Of a DNA stretch of 62,146 nucleotides, positions 34,671 to 44,153 are shown one piece after another. A model generated the notes under the pieces. The model had not been told where the DNA came from, ran no database searches, and worked only from the letters and a program-made list of their open reading frames with translations. Location: positions 1-62,146 of the IMG/VR virus record IMGVR_UViG_3300047311_000415; one strand, 5' to 3'. This DNA comes from a virus. Lineage: Duplodnaviria; Caudoviricetes. Position numbers and translations under genes: made by a program. Within the stretch, counting starts at the first letter, position 1; each line of letters begins with the position of its first letter.

Positions 34671-35580
34671 CGTATTACTTGGTACTGCGATTGGTGACGC
34701 CTTGGGTGTTCCGTTTGAAACTAAGCTGGCCAACTATGAGCTGCTTGTTGGTTGGGACGGTGAAACATTCTTAGGTAGCGAACATCATCGGCTCAAGCCT
34801 GGGCAATATTCTGATGACACTCAGATGAGTCTGATGGTAGCTGAATCTCTGATTGAGAATCATGGATTCAACCCAGATGACTTGGCAGAGCGCTATGTTG
34901 AATGGATTACCTCTGGACGAGCTAGGGGGTATGGTAAAACTACTATGTTGGCCATTCAGAATCTTCTCAAGGGTAAACACTGGAGCGAATCTGGTATTGC
35001 TGGTTCATATGGAAATGGTACCGCTATGCGTGCCGCACCATTTGGAGTTTACTTCCGCAATGATTTAAAGTCGCTTGTTAGTATCTGTAAGATGGATAGT
35101 GGAATTACTCATGCTTCTGATGAGGCTGAGGCCGGTTCGATTGCTATTGGTTTAGCGGCAGCTTATGCAGTCAATAGAGAGAAGGAAGGTTTGCTGGAAG
35201 AATTGTGGAAGATTTTGCCGGACAGCAAAGTTAAAAGTATCGTTTACAGCCTTGACTCTTTGATCGATTCTCCTTACATTACGCCGGAGCAGGCACTTCG
35301 TGTGATTGGAACTAAAGCCGATGTTCGACAAACTGTTCCAGCCGCCCTATATTGCTTCCTCAAATTCCAAACTTATGGAGAAGCAGTAGAGGCCGCCATT
35401 AGAGCTGGTGGCGATACTGATACTACTGCTGCTATTGTAGGCGCATTGTTTGCTGCTAGAGATGGCACGACAGATATTCAGGAATCTTGGATTAGTGGCG
35501 TAGAAGAATCCAGCAGACTTATTGAGCTAGATAGCCAGCTTTACAACAGATCAAACGACTCATTTCTCAAACGAGGTTAA
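34663..35580 (+). CDS. ADP-ribosylglycohydrolase (DraG/ARH family) 2
   Basis: GTAIGDALG, YSDDT, GNGTAMR, GGDTDTTAAI; paralog of 3062..3982. Confidence 0.93.
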   Translation: MSSVLLGTAIGDALGVPFETKLANYELLVGWDGETFLGSEHHRLKPGQYSDDTQMSLMVAESLIENHGFNPDDLAERYVEWITSGRARGYGKTTMLAIQNLLKGKHWSESGIAGSYGNGTAMRAAPFGVYFRNDLKSLVSICKMDSGITHASDEAEAGSIAIGLAAAYAVNREKEGLLEELWKILPDSKVKSIVYSLDSLIDSPYITPEQALRVIGTKADVRQTVPAALYCFLKFQTYGEAVEAAIRAGGDTDTTAAIVGALFAARDGTTDIQESWISGVEESSRLIELDSQLYNRSNDSFLKRG

Positions 35581-35582
35581 TC

Positions 35583-35867
35583 GTGGAAAAAAGAAGTTCT
35601 GAACCCAAAGAAACAACATTGCAAATCAAGTTCGCTAATGAGGCAGCCGCTGCCCATTTTGCGTTATGGTTGTGCGAATCCGGCGAACAGCAATACTGGG
35701 ACTGGATGGAATACCGCGAGGACGATGAAGAGGGTGATATTACTGCCACCAGTTTCCATTACCATGGCGAAGAAGATGAAACCAAAGAGCGGACTGATCC
35801 AGAGCGCTACGGCGAATTCATGTGTGATAATATCATCAGGACAACTACTGGTCGTTTGGACAGATAA
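35583..35867 (+). CDS. hypothetical acidic protein
   Basis: 94 aa; WLCESGEQQYWDWME. Confidence 0.7.
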   Translation: MEKRSSEPKETTLQIKFANEAAAAHFALWLCESGEQQYWDWMEYREDDEEGDITATSFHYHGEEDETKERTDPERYGEFMCDNIIRTTTGRLDR

Positions 35868-37360
35868 TGCCAAAGAAGGTAAGCAAATTCCCACCTAAGA
35901 AGCCCGACAATTCTCATCTCCGCATAGCTGCGCCTAAAAGGAATTGGTCGAAGTTTCAGAAAGACATTTTCCGAGACATCAATAGTGGTGTCGGGCATAC
36001 TGTTGTTATCGCTAGGGCTGGATCTGGAAAGACCTCTACCATTGTAGAAGGTTTCAAGTATCTACCTAAAGGTAAGAAGACTTTGATGGTGGCCTTCAAC
36101 AAGGCTATTGCTGAAGAACTAAAGCAACGCGCCCCATCCTACGTGGATGTCATGACCCTTCACTCTTTGGGTTTCCGCGCTATCAAGCTGGCTTTTGGAG
36201 CTGATGTTATCCTAGAGAATGACAAGTGCAGCGAACTAATCAAGACACTCATTGGTGACGACTACGATATGTGGGAAGTCAATCAGAGTATTGCTAAGTG
36301 CGTTTCTCTGTGCAAAGGATTTCTAGTAGATACTCCAACTAGAATTGGCGACTTGATTGATAAGTTTGGTATTGAGATATTTGACTATTCTCGTGAGAAG
36401 TTTATCGAATTAGTCATCAAAACTTTAGGACTGTGCAAAGCTAAGAAAAACGTCATTGATTTTGACGACATGATTTGGTTCCCGTTTGTTTATCGATTGA
36501 ACGTTGGAAAGTTTGATGTTGTCTTTGTTGACGAGGCTCAGGATTTGAATGCGGCTCAGATGGCAATGGTTCTTTCCGCCAATAAAATGGATGGCAGGAT
36601 TATTGCTGTAGGTGACCCGGCCCAGAGCATTTATCAGTTCCGAGGAGCTGATAGTGAGGCCATGCCCAATTTTGTCACCAAACTGAATGCTAAGACCCTG
36701 CCACTGTCGGTGACCTACCGTTGCCCGAAGAAGGTGGTAGCACTAGCTCAGGAAGTTGTACCTGACATTGAGGCGGCCGATGGCGCCCCTGATGGGCTGG
36801 TAGAGGAGGTGCCAGCAGAACAAATTCTTAAATTGGTACAGGCGGGCGACTTCGTTCTTTCTAGGACCAATGCCCCACTTATCAAACACTGTATGGCCCT
36901 GCTACGAGCCGGCATCCCTGCCAATATCCAAGGAAGAGATGTTGGGTCCAATCTACAATACTTTATCAAAAAGTCCAAAGCAAAAACCATAGTTCAATTC
37001 ATAGCATATGTAAATGCCTGGAGAGAACAAGAGGTTAAAAGACTTTTAGGTGAAAAGAAAGACCCAATTGCAACAGTAGATAAAGCGGAATGCTTACTGA
37101 ACCTCTGTGAAGGAACCCTTACAATTAAGGGCCTGAAAGAGACAATAGAAAAGCTTTTCAATGATACTGATGATCATGCTAAAGTTATATTTTCAACGAC
37201 TCATAAAGCCAAAGGTCTGGAACGCAATCGTGTCTTTATTCTCACCAGCACCTACCGATACGGACCGGGAGTAGAGGGCGAAGAGGCTAATTTGTGGTAT
37301 GTAGCGGTAACTCGTAGCAAAAATGAATTGTATCTGGTAAAGAAATACTTGAAGCAATAA
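35867..37360 (+). CDS. superfamily 1 (UvrD/Rep-like) helicase
   Basis: ARAGSGKT, AFN, VDEAQD, VGDPAQSIYQFRGA, STTHKAKGLE, YVAVTR. Confidence 0.95.
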   Translation: MPKKVSKFPPKKPDNSHLRIAAPKRNWSKFQKDIFRDINSGVGHTVVIARAGSGKTSTIVEGFKYLPKGKKTLMVAFNKAIAEELKQRAPSYVDVMTLHSLGFRAIKLAFGADVILENDKCSELIKTLIGDDYDMWEVNQSIAKCVSLCKGFLVDTPTRIGDLIDKFGIEIFDYSREKFIELVIKTLGLCKAKKNVIDFDDMIWFPFVYRLNVGKFDVVFVDEAQDLNAAQMAMVLSANKMDGRIIAVGDPAQSIYQFRGADSEAMPNFVTKLNAKTLPLSVTYRCPKKVVALAQEVVPDIEAADGAPDGLVEEVPAEQILKLVQAGDFVLSRTNAPLIKHCMALLRAGIPANIQGRDVGSNLQYFIKKSKAKTIVQFIAYVNAWREQEVKRLLGEKKDPIATVDKAECLLNLCEGTLTIKGLKETIEKLFNDTDDHAKVIFSTTHKAKGLERNRVFILTSTYRYGPGVEGEEANLWYVAVTRSKNELYLVKKYLKQ

Positions 37361-37377
37361 TCTAGCATTTAGCTGAG

Positions 37378-38622
37378 ATGACTCGCTATAAAATGGTTGC
37401 CAGGGATTTCAATTCTAATCCCACACAATATCGTACTTGGGTAGTGGATGGTACGCCTGATTTTGACGGATATTACTATACCGGCTACAAATCAGGCCCT
37501 AGCCAGTTTACTGAAGTAGTAGCCTATGCTATTAACGACGGGTATGCTGTAGTAGATTTCAATCTACCAAATCCCACTTCTTGGACGGTAATAACCGACC
37601 AATTAGGTTGGGATTTTCCTGTTCGTAAGGTTTTGCCATTCCCTCCAGACGACTCAGCTATGTGTATCCTCGATGGGTACATCTATTTGTTTGGTGGAAA
37701 AATCACCAATAAGATTTTCCGTGCCCGAGTTGAAAATCCAGCCGACTGGATTGATACCGGAGCTACCCTACCAAACAATCTGTATGGTTCCTCCTTAGCC
37801 GTTATTGATGGCTACATTTACCTTTTTGGTGGCAACACAGGCGCCTTCTTGGGTCTTGATGCGCTAGATAACATCTACTCCGCTCCAGTCAATGATCCTC
37901 TTACTTGGACCGACCATGGGTCGCTATTGCCACGTAAGTTACATTACTCGGCACTAGGTATGGATGGCTATCAGCTATATCTATTTGGCGGTAAAGGAAT
38001 CAATAGAGCTTTAGATACCATTTTTACAGCCTCTACTACTGATCCTCTTACCTGGACTGACACCGGAGCCACACTACCATACGACGTATATGGCGCTATC
38101 CTGGCGGAAGTCAATAACAACTGGATGTTGTTCGGTGGGTTACTAGATCCAGACTCTCCAACTAACACTATTATTTCGGCTCCTGTCAGCACCCCATTAG
38201 TCTGGGGACTAACTGGCCTGTTACCGGGGTCTACCGCTTTTGGTCAGTTCGTTAATGTTGGTGGAGATGGTTACATCTTCGGACCAGTAGTAGGAACAGG
38301 AACCACTTTCACCCCTATATTGCAGTGTAACCTAAGCGATCCTAATGCTTGGGTGTATACTCAAAAAACAATTCCTGGAGTCATATCTCATTCTTCGTTG
38401 GCCGTCATTTACGATAGACTTTGGTTATTTGGTGGAAGCGGATTGACAGCAATATTTACCTGCAATCAGATTTTGAAATATGTGCCAAGCGCTCCTAAAG
38501 CAGCTAATTATGGAAACATAACTCGCACTACTGTTCAATCTACAGACAATTTGCACAGCCCATATCAGGCACTATGTATACCATGGTGGTGCACTGATTT
38601 TCCATTCTTCAATCGCCCGTAA
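37378..38622 (+). CDS. Kelch-repeat beta-propeller protein
   Basis: Repeated DGYIYLFGG...I..A....P..WTD.G..LP units. Confidence 0.85.
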   Translation: MTRYKMVARDFNSNPTQYRTWVVDGTPDFDGYYYTGYKSGPSQFTEVVAYAINDGYAVVDFNLPNPTSWTVITDQLGWDFPVRKVLPFPPDDSAMCILDGYIYLFGGKITNKIFRARVENPADWIDTGATLPNNLYGSSLAVIDGYIYLFGGNTGAFLGLDALDNIYSAPVNDPLTWTDHGSLLPRKLHYSALGMDGYQLYLFGGKGINRALDTIFTASTTDPLTWTDTGATLPYDVYGAILAEVNNNWMLFGGLLDPDSPTNTIISAPVSTPLVWGLTGLLPGSTAFGQFVNVGGDGYIFGPVVGTGTTFTPILQCNLSDPNAWVYTQKTIPGVISHSSLAVIYDRLWLFGGSGLTAIFTCNQILKYVPSAPKAANYGNITRTTVQSTDNLHSPYQALCIPWWCTDFPFFNRP

Positions 38623-38642
38623 TTTAGCAAATAGCGCGGGGG

Positions 38643-38670
38643 TTGACTTCACGCTGACAATGATTAGGAT
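38643..38670 (+). promoter_or_regulatory. sigma70-like promoter, probably producing a leaderless pth2 mRNA
   Basis: TTGACT-N16-TAGGAT; ATG 7 nt downstream. Confidence 0.6.
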
Positions 38671-38677
38671 TTGTATT

Positions 38678-39169
38678 ATGAAAGACCACAACTCCCCCGA
38701 AGCCGTTGCTGAACGCGCTGCGCAAGAAGACCCTATTGTCATGTACTTAATTGTTCATGAGACATTGGGCATGAGTACGGGTAAAACTGCCGCTCAATGT
38801 GCGCATGCTTCTCAAATGCTCACGCTGGACTACTTTGAAACGAAAGATAAGTCGCGTGCTTTGCAAAAGAAAATCATGGAGACCACAGACGAAGATGAGG
38901 TTCATGTTATGAAGGCTCTCTATGCTGAACAGAATAGAAAGCTTTCCGTTTTTGGTGAGTGGTTACAAGGCTCCTTCCGCAAGGTAGTCCTTCGTGCTGA
39001 CGACAAAGAATGGGCCAAAATTCAAAATGATTATGGCAACCATATGATAATGGTTGTCGACGCTGGTTTGACGGAGATTGCGGCTGGTAGTGAAACGGTT
39101 ATCGGTCTTTGGCCAATGCGCAAGAGTCAGCGCCCCAAGACAATTCAACGACTTCAAGTACTAAAGTGA
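38678..39169 (+). CDS. pth2: peptidyl-tRNA hydrolase, Pth2 type
   Basis: LGMSTGKTAAQCAHA, KVVLR, VVDAGLTEIAAGSETVIG. Confidence 0.9.
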   Translation: MKDHNSPEAVAERAAQEDPIVMYLIVHETLGMSTGKTAAQCAHASQMLTLDYFETKDKSRALQKKIMETTDEDEVHVMKALYAEQNRKLSVFGEWLQGSFRKVVLRADDKEWAKIQNDYGNHMIMVVDAGLTEIAAGSETVIGLWPMRKSQRPKTIQRLQVLK

Positions 39170-39172
39170 AGC

Positions 39173-39550
39173 ATGCAAAAACTCGTGGTCAAACAAACCC
39201 AGAGTCGTGGTTTAGGGGTCTTTGCCACTGAACGCATCGAGAAGGGTGACCTTATCGAATGCTGTAGGGTTATTGTTGTGCCTCGTGGGCAGGTCTCAGT
39301 TGAACTGACAACTTCTGTCATGAGACATTACGTTATTGAGTGGGGTACCAAGATAGCTATTCCTACTGGATATGGTTGCTACTATAATCATTCTTACCAG
39401 CCCAATGCTATCCATTACAAACATCTGGATTTGAATGAAATACACTTTCATGCTTTGGTAGATATTTTGCCGTTTGATGAGATTACATTCAATTATGGTG
39501 GGTTCCCCACTTACAATGGACCGATATGGTTCGAAGTGAAGAGTTCATGA
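39173..39550 (+). CDS. SET domain methyltransferase
   Basis: GLGVFATERIEKG, YNHSYQPN, EITFNYG. Confidence 0.9.
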   Translation: MQKLVVKQTQSRGLGVFATERIEKGDLIECCRVIVVPRGQVSVELTTSVMRHYVIEWGTKIAIPTGYGCYYNHSYQPNAIHYKHLDLNEIHFHALVDILPFDEITFNYGGFPTYNGPIWFEVKSS

Positions 39551-40200
39551 AAAAGCCGTTCGTTATCAAAGAAGTCCGGCCCCGGATTTTCTTATTTGAA
39601 TTCAGTAATCATTACGATATGTGTATGCACTTCTTGCGTTATCAAGAATTCTACGAATCGGCTTCCCCACAATTCAGGGGGAAGAGTTTTGAGATTCTAG
39701 ATTTCATGAAGTGGTACACTTTTAAATACGGTAACGGATCTTTTACCTATCCCAATGACTGGAATGGCTTCAATATTCCTGGCGACATCATTCAGGAAGT
39801 TTGGAAACTCGGAATCAATGATAGAAACGCCTATGATTACGAAATGCAAATGGCCTGGAAAGAATGTCAGACCAAAGCTAATGGCGAAAAGTTCTACATT
39901 ATTGGCGTAGTAAGGGGCAATAAAGCATTGAACCATGAGATTGCTCACGGTCTGTTTTATCTAAACCCTACATACAAAAAAGAATCCAAGCAATTAGTAA
40001 AGGCATTGCCGGATGATATGAGAAAAATCATCAATGAAGCTTTGAAGAAGCTCGGATATACTCCAAAAGTCTATGTAGATGAGACTCAGGCTTACATGGC
40101 GACTGGTCTGACGGAGGCTTTTGGGAAAGTAGACCAGTGGAAAGATGAGCGTGCTCCTTTTGAGGCATGCTTCAAAAAATTTGCAAGGAAAGTAAAATGA
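39547..40200 (+). CDS. HExxH (zincin-like) domain protein
   Basis: LNHEIAHGLF...DETQAY; RYQEFYES and WNGFNIP motifs. Confidence 0.65.
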   Translation: MKKPFVIKEVRPRIFLFEFSNHYDMCMHFLRYQEFYESASPQFRGKSFEILDFMKWYTFKYGNGSFTYPNDWNGFNIPGDIIQEVWKLGINDRNAYDYEMQMAWKECQTKANGEKFYIIGVVRGNKALNHEIAHGLFYLNPTYKKESKQLVKALPDDMRKIINEALKKLGYTPKVYVDETQAYMATGLTEAFGKVDQWKDERAPFEACFKKFARKVK

Positions 40201-40994
40201 GTAGCGATAGTCTTGGCGATAGAATGAAGTCTTATGAAGATGTTTTCAGACTTCATCTGCCTATTAGAATGCCCGTCATTATGCGTATTGATGGCAAGGC
40301 ATTCCACTCCTATGTAAAAGGAGAAGGAATTGACGGTAAAAAAGTCGAAAAGCCAGTTGATAAAGGTTTGGTTGAGTGTATGAACGATACCGCCATTGCA
40401 CTTTGTAAAGAAGTGCAGGGCTGCCGTTTAGCTTATGTTCAGTCAGATGAAATTTCTCTGCTGTTGACGAACTACGATACCGTAGATACCCAATCTTGGT
40501 TCGATAATAACTTGCAAAAGATGGTTAGCATCTCGGCTGCTGTGGCTTCGGTCACATTTACCCACAACTCTTACAAGATTTGGGGCGTAGATTATTCTAA
40601 CGAAGACCCGTTCTATCTAACTAAGGAAGCTTATTTTGATAGTAGGATTTTTGTTCTTCCCAAGGAAGATGTAACCAACTATTTCTTGTGGCGCCAGCAG
40701 GATGCTACAAGAAACTCTGTGCAGATGTTGGCTCGCTCTCTGTATTCTCACAAGGAATTGGATAGCAAGAACAACTCAGAGCTTCAGGAAATGTGTTTCC
40801 AAAAGGGAATCAACTGGAATGACTGCCCGACTTCTCAGAAGCGTGGGCGTTGTATAGTCAAAAAGACTACTCAACACACCGCACTCAACCCCAAGACAAA
40901 AGAATATATCAAATCTGAGCGTAGTGCCTGGGTAGTTGACGATGAAATCCCTATTTTCTCTGTAGATAGGAACTACATTGACCAGCATCTCTAA
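40197..40994 (+). CDS. thg1: tRNA-His guanylyltransferase Thg1-like protein (3'-5' polymerase)
   Basis: RMKSYE, RIDGKAFH, YVQSDEISL, FDSR, YFLWRQ.DA.RN, GINWN. Confidence 0.93.
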   Translation: MSSDSLGDRMKSYEDVFRLHLPIRMPVIMRIDGKAFHSYVKGEGIDGKKVEKPVDKGLVECMNDTAIALCKEVQGCRLAYVQSDEISLLLTNYDTVDTQSWFDNNLQKMVSISAAVASVTFTHNSYKIWGVDYSNEDPFYLTKEAYFDSRIFVLPKEDVTNYFLWRQQDATRNSVQMLARSLYSHKELDSKNNSELQEMCFQKGINWNDCPTSQKRGRCIVKKTTQHTALNPKTKEYIKSERSAWVVDDEIPIFSVDRNYIDQHL

Positions 40995-41322
40995 AAGAGA
41001 GATCAGGAAAGAGCGTAAAGCAAAGCGCTATAAACAAAAGAAGATAAACGTAAAGCTTAAAAAGAGGCTGTTTGGTCATTTGTTTATGGCGCCTTGCTGT
41101 TACTGCAAGCACGTCTTCCTGGTTGACACACTAACTATTGAGCACGTTACCCCACTCTGTCTTGGTGGAACCAATGATCCCAGTAACATTGCATTGGCTT
41201 GCGAGCCGTGCAATAACGATCGTGGCAGAGATGCTTGGTTTCAGAGACGATTAATCAATAAGAAATACTATGAACAATATCACTCGCAGCATCGAAACGA
41301 AAATCGGGAAAGCACTGTATAG
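40978..41322 (+). CDS. HNH endonuclease domain protein
   Basis: CCYC...TIEHVTP...GG.N..SNIALACEPCN. Confidence 0.82.
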   Translation: MTSISKREIRKERKAKRYKQKKINVKLKKRLFGHLFMAPCCYCKHVFLVDTLTIEHVTPLCLGGTNDPSNIALACEPCNNDRGRDAWFQRRLINKKYYEQYHSQHRNENRESTV

Positions 41323-42337
41323 GAAAACTGAGCACCCCCTGTGTATTGTTAAAGAGAAAGTATTTGCGTATTTCGATGACTTGGCTCGAATTGAAATAGA
41401 AAATCCCTATGTTCCTATTGAATACAACTTCGATAGGCTACGTGTTCCTACTGATCATCCATCCAGACGCCCCACTGATACCTATTACAAGAATGAAAAG
41501 GAGTGCCTTCGCACTCATATGACGTGCTATCTGTATCCATTGGGCAAGTCAGAGACGGGAAATAGTAAGCTCAAGTACATTACTTGTGGTGATGTCTATA
41601 GGAAAGACACTATCGATGCTACCCATTACCCAGTATTCCATCAAATGGATGCTTTCTGTATGGTTCCAGATGACGTAGATGTCAAGAAAGACCTGCGAGA
41701 CCGCCTTGCCGGCCTTGTTAAACACCTATTTGGCCCCAATGTTGACCATCAATTCTTAGAAGACGCCGAGTATGAGGAGGTTTACTTCCCATTCACGGTA
41801 GATTCTTTGGAAGTTAGCGTGTCTTTGCCAGATGAAAATGGCAAAATTAGGCAGCTAGAGATTCTAGGAGCGGGTACTGTTCATCCTGACATCATGAGTG
41901 ACCTTGGTTTGCCTGGTAAAAAGGCATGGGCATTCGGTGTTGGACTGGAAAGATTGGCTATGGTCATGTTCGGCATTCCAGATATTAGACTATTCTGGAG
42001 TACAGACAAGAGATTCATCAACCAATTCACACCGGGCCAGGTAACTCAGTTCAAATCGTACTCGAAATACGAGTCCTGTTACAAGGATATCTCATTTTAT
42101 ACAAGCCCCAAGTTCTCGTACAATGATTTGTGTTCAATCGCTAGGGACGAAGACGAGACCAACACGATTGAATCTATTACATTGATTGATGAATTCCAAA
42201 ACAAAGGACGCACATCGCAGTGTTATAGAATTACATACCGTTCCATGGACGGTACCTTACGCAATTCTGATGTGAATAAGATTCAAAAATCCATTCGCGA
42301 TAGAATCATCAAAGAACTAGAGGTTGAGGTTAGATGA
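41270..42337 (+). CDS. monomeric (mitochondrial-architecture) phenylalanyl-tRNA synthetase
   Basis: HPL, NFD.L..P.DHPSR..TDTYY, LRTH, GDVYR.D.ID.THYPVFHQ, YFPFT, FGVGLERLAM..F.IPDIRLFWS, then a C-terminal ferredoxin-fold anticodon-binding domain (KDISF...YRITYRS). Confidence 0.92.
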   Translation: MNNITRSIETKIGKALYRKTEHPLCIVKEKVFAYFDDLARIEIENPYVPIEYNFDRLRVPTDHPSRRPTDTYYKNEKECLRTHMTCYLYPLGKSETGNSKLKYITCGDVYRKDTIDATHYPVFHQMDAFCMVPDDVDVKKDLRDRLAGLVKHLFGPNVDHQFLEDAEYEEVYFPFTVDSLEVSVSLPDENGKIRQLEILGAGTVHPDIMSDLGLPGKKAWAFGVGLERLAMVMFGIPDIRLFWSTDKRFINQFTPGQVTQFKSYSKYESCYKDISFYTSPKFSYNDLCSIARDEDETNTIESITLIDEFQNKGRTSQCYRITYRSMDGTLRNSDVNKIQKSIRDRIIKELEVEVR

Positions 42338-42801
42338 AAACTATCTATATCATTTTTGGAGAAATGGGCTGCGGTAAAACTTACTGGGGCTCTCGATTTG
42401 CCGAGAGCCGGGGCTTCAAGTTTTTCGATGGTGACAGTGTAGTTACCCCCAGAATGATAGAGAAGGTCGAGAAATTCCGGCCAATTACTCGCGATATTAT
42501 CGAGGAGTATCTTGATGTTTTAGCGGACGCCATTGCTGATGAAGCTGAAGGCGTTGACAACTTAGTTGTATCACAAGCTCTCTATAATGACGCTGATAGA
42601 GAATCAATTAAAGTATTCTTAGAGGCATTAGGCTACGAAGTTAAAATGTGGTGGCTTCAAAATAGGCTATGGAGAAACTTTGAGAACCTGCTTACCCGTA
42701 AAGACGGTTGGAAGTGGGTTCTTTATTGGCTCTTCAATAAGCCTTGGTTCCAGAAGCCAACCCATGAACATCAGATAGCCTACAATATATACGAAGAGTG
42801 A
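42334..42801 (+). CDS. P-loop kinase (gluconate/shikimate/nucleotide kinase-like)
   Basis: IIFGEMGCGKT, FFDGD. Confidence 0.8.
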   Translation: MKTIYIIFGEMGCGKTYWGSRFAESRGFKFFDGDSVVTPRMIEKVEKFRPITRDIIEEYLDVLADAIADEAEGVDNLVVSQALYNDADRESIKVFLEALGYEVKMWWLQNRLWRNFENLLTRKDGWKWVLYWLFNKPWFQKPTHEHQIAYNIYEE

Positions 42802-42805
42802 TATC

Positions 42806-43438
42806 ATGGAGAACAAGGAATCCTTCCAGGCCAGAATTCAACCCTACTTTAGTCCATCGGATCAGTTGGACGTTAAGCTGGCATATTGCCTTGCCAAGTT
42901 TGGGCACCGAGCCCAGACCAGGAAAGAGCTGACAGAAGGAAAGCCAACTCGTTACTTCGAGCACGTTCGAAGAGTGGCCCTTATTCTAATGGATGAGATG
43001 AAAATTATTGACCGTGATATGATCATTACGGCTTTACTTCATGACTCGGTTGAAGATACAGTTGATCTGACACCTGAACTTCTAGAACATAGTTTTGGTT
43101 CAGATGTAATAACTATGATAAAGGTACTTAGCAAAGTTCCAAAAGAAGGATACATTGAAAGATTGAATAACTGCCACAACTGGAAAGTGTTAGCCATCAA
43201 GGCTTGCGATAGATTAGATAATCTTCGCTCCTTGATGATACCAGGAACCAGTTTGGAATTTCAAAAGAAACAAATCAAAGAAACAAAAGAAAAGTATTTC
43301 CCTATATTCGACAGACTGGTTAGTACTCTATGCCCTCAGGAACACGTTGAAAACGTAACTAAGGTTAGAGATGAAATCAGAAGATTAATTGAGCGATATA
43401 GTACCATTATCGAACTTCAGGAAGGAAAAACTGCATGA
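42806..43438 (+). CDS. HD-domain hydrolase, SpoT/Mesh1-like small alarmone hydrolase
   Basis: H..Q.RK...YFEHVRRVA, ALLHDSVEDT, IKACDRLDNL. Confidence 0.85.
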   Translation: MENKESFQARIQPYFSPSDQLDVKLAYCLAKFGHRAQTRKELTEGKPTRYFEHVRRVALILMDEMKIIDRDMIITALLHDSVEDTVDLTPELLEHSFGSDVITMIKVLSKVPKEGYIERLNNCHNWKVLAIKACDRLDNLRSLMIPGTSLEFQKKQIKETKEKYFPIFDRLVSTLCPQEHVENVTKVRDEIRRLIERYSTIIELQEGKTA

Positions 43439-44028
43439 CATGCATTGTAGGCTTAGTTCACGACGGTGACGTATACATTGGTGGAGATAGTGCTGGCGTA
43501 GCTGGACTATCTATTTCTATTAGGGCAGATGAGAAAGTTTTCGGTAATGGTCCTTTTATTATGGGTTTTACAACCTCTTTTCGTATGGGACAATTGTTGA
43601 GATATAAGCTGGCGCCTCCAGCACAGACTGTTCACCAAGATGATATGGAATACATGGTCACTAGTTTCATTGATGCTGTCCGTCAGTGTTTTGCTGGAAA
43701 CGGATTTGGTGACAAGGATGCCTCCGTTGGTGGTAACTTCCTAGTTGGCTATAAAGGCAAACTGTACAATATTGAATCTGACTATCAAGTAGGTGTGCCA
43801 AGGCTAGCTTATGATGCAGTTGGATGTGGAACTGATCTTGCTCTTGGGGCTATGTTTGCCACTGAGGGTTTGAGTCCAGAACAAAGAATCAATGCGGCTT
43901 TATCTGCCGCCTCTAATTTCAGTGGTGGCGTTGCTCCTCCATTCACCATTCTTAGGTTAGAAGGTGATGAAAAGAAGAACAAACCAAAGCCTAAGCCAAA
44001 GAAGAGGGTCAGAAGGCGAGCAAAGTAA
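43435..44028 (+). CDS. Ntn-hydrolase, proteasome beta/HslV-like peptidase
   Basis: M-T-CIVG (N-terminal Thr), GGDS, EKVF, AVGCG...ALGA; basic C-terminal tail. Confidence 0.8.
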   Translation: MTCIVGLVHDGDVYIGGDSAGVAGLSISIRADEKVFGNGPFIMGFTTSFRMGQLLRYKLAPPAQTVHQDDMEYMVTSFIDAVRQCFAGNGFGDKDASVGGNFLVGYKGKLYNIESDYQVGVPRLAYDAVGCGTDLALGAMFATEGLSPEQRINAALSAASNFSGGVAPPFTILRLEGDEKKNKPKPKPKKRVRRRAK

Positions 44029-44043
44029 GAAATTGACGCGCCC

Positions 44044-44071
44044 TTGACATGCCACGCTCCAGCCTTACGTT
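44044..44071 (+). promoter_or_regulatory. sigma70-like promoter upstream of ligA, inside a long hairpin
   Basis: TTGACA-N16-TACGTT. Confidence 0.6.
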
Positions 44072-44153
44072 GTGGATAGGCCGACGGGAGTGGTGTGTCC
44101 TGGGCGTGCCCTTTTAACTGGACCGCACTTACCCAACCTAAATAGGTAGTATA

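Noticed and set aside
5127-41322. HNH genes as intron- or intein-borne homing elements
   Set aside because: All three are free-standing, the flanking genes are uninterrupted, and no intron or intein signatures were seen.
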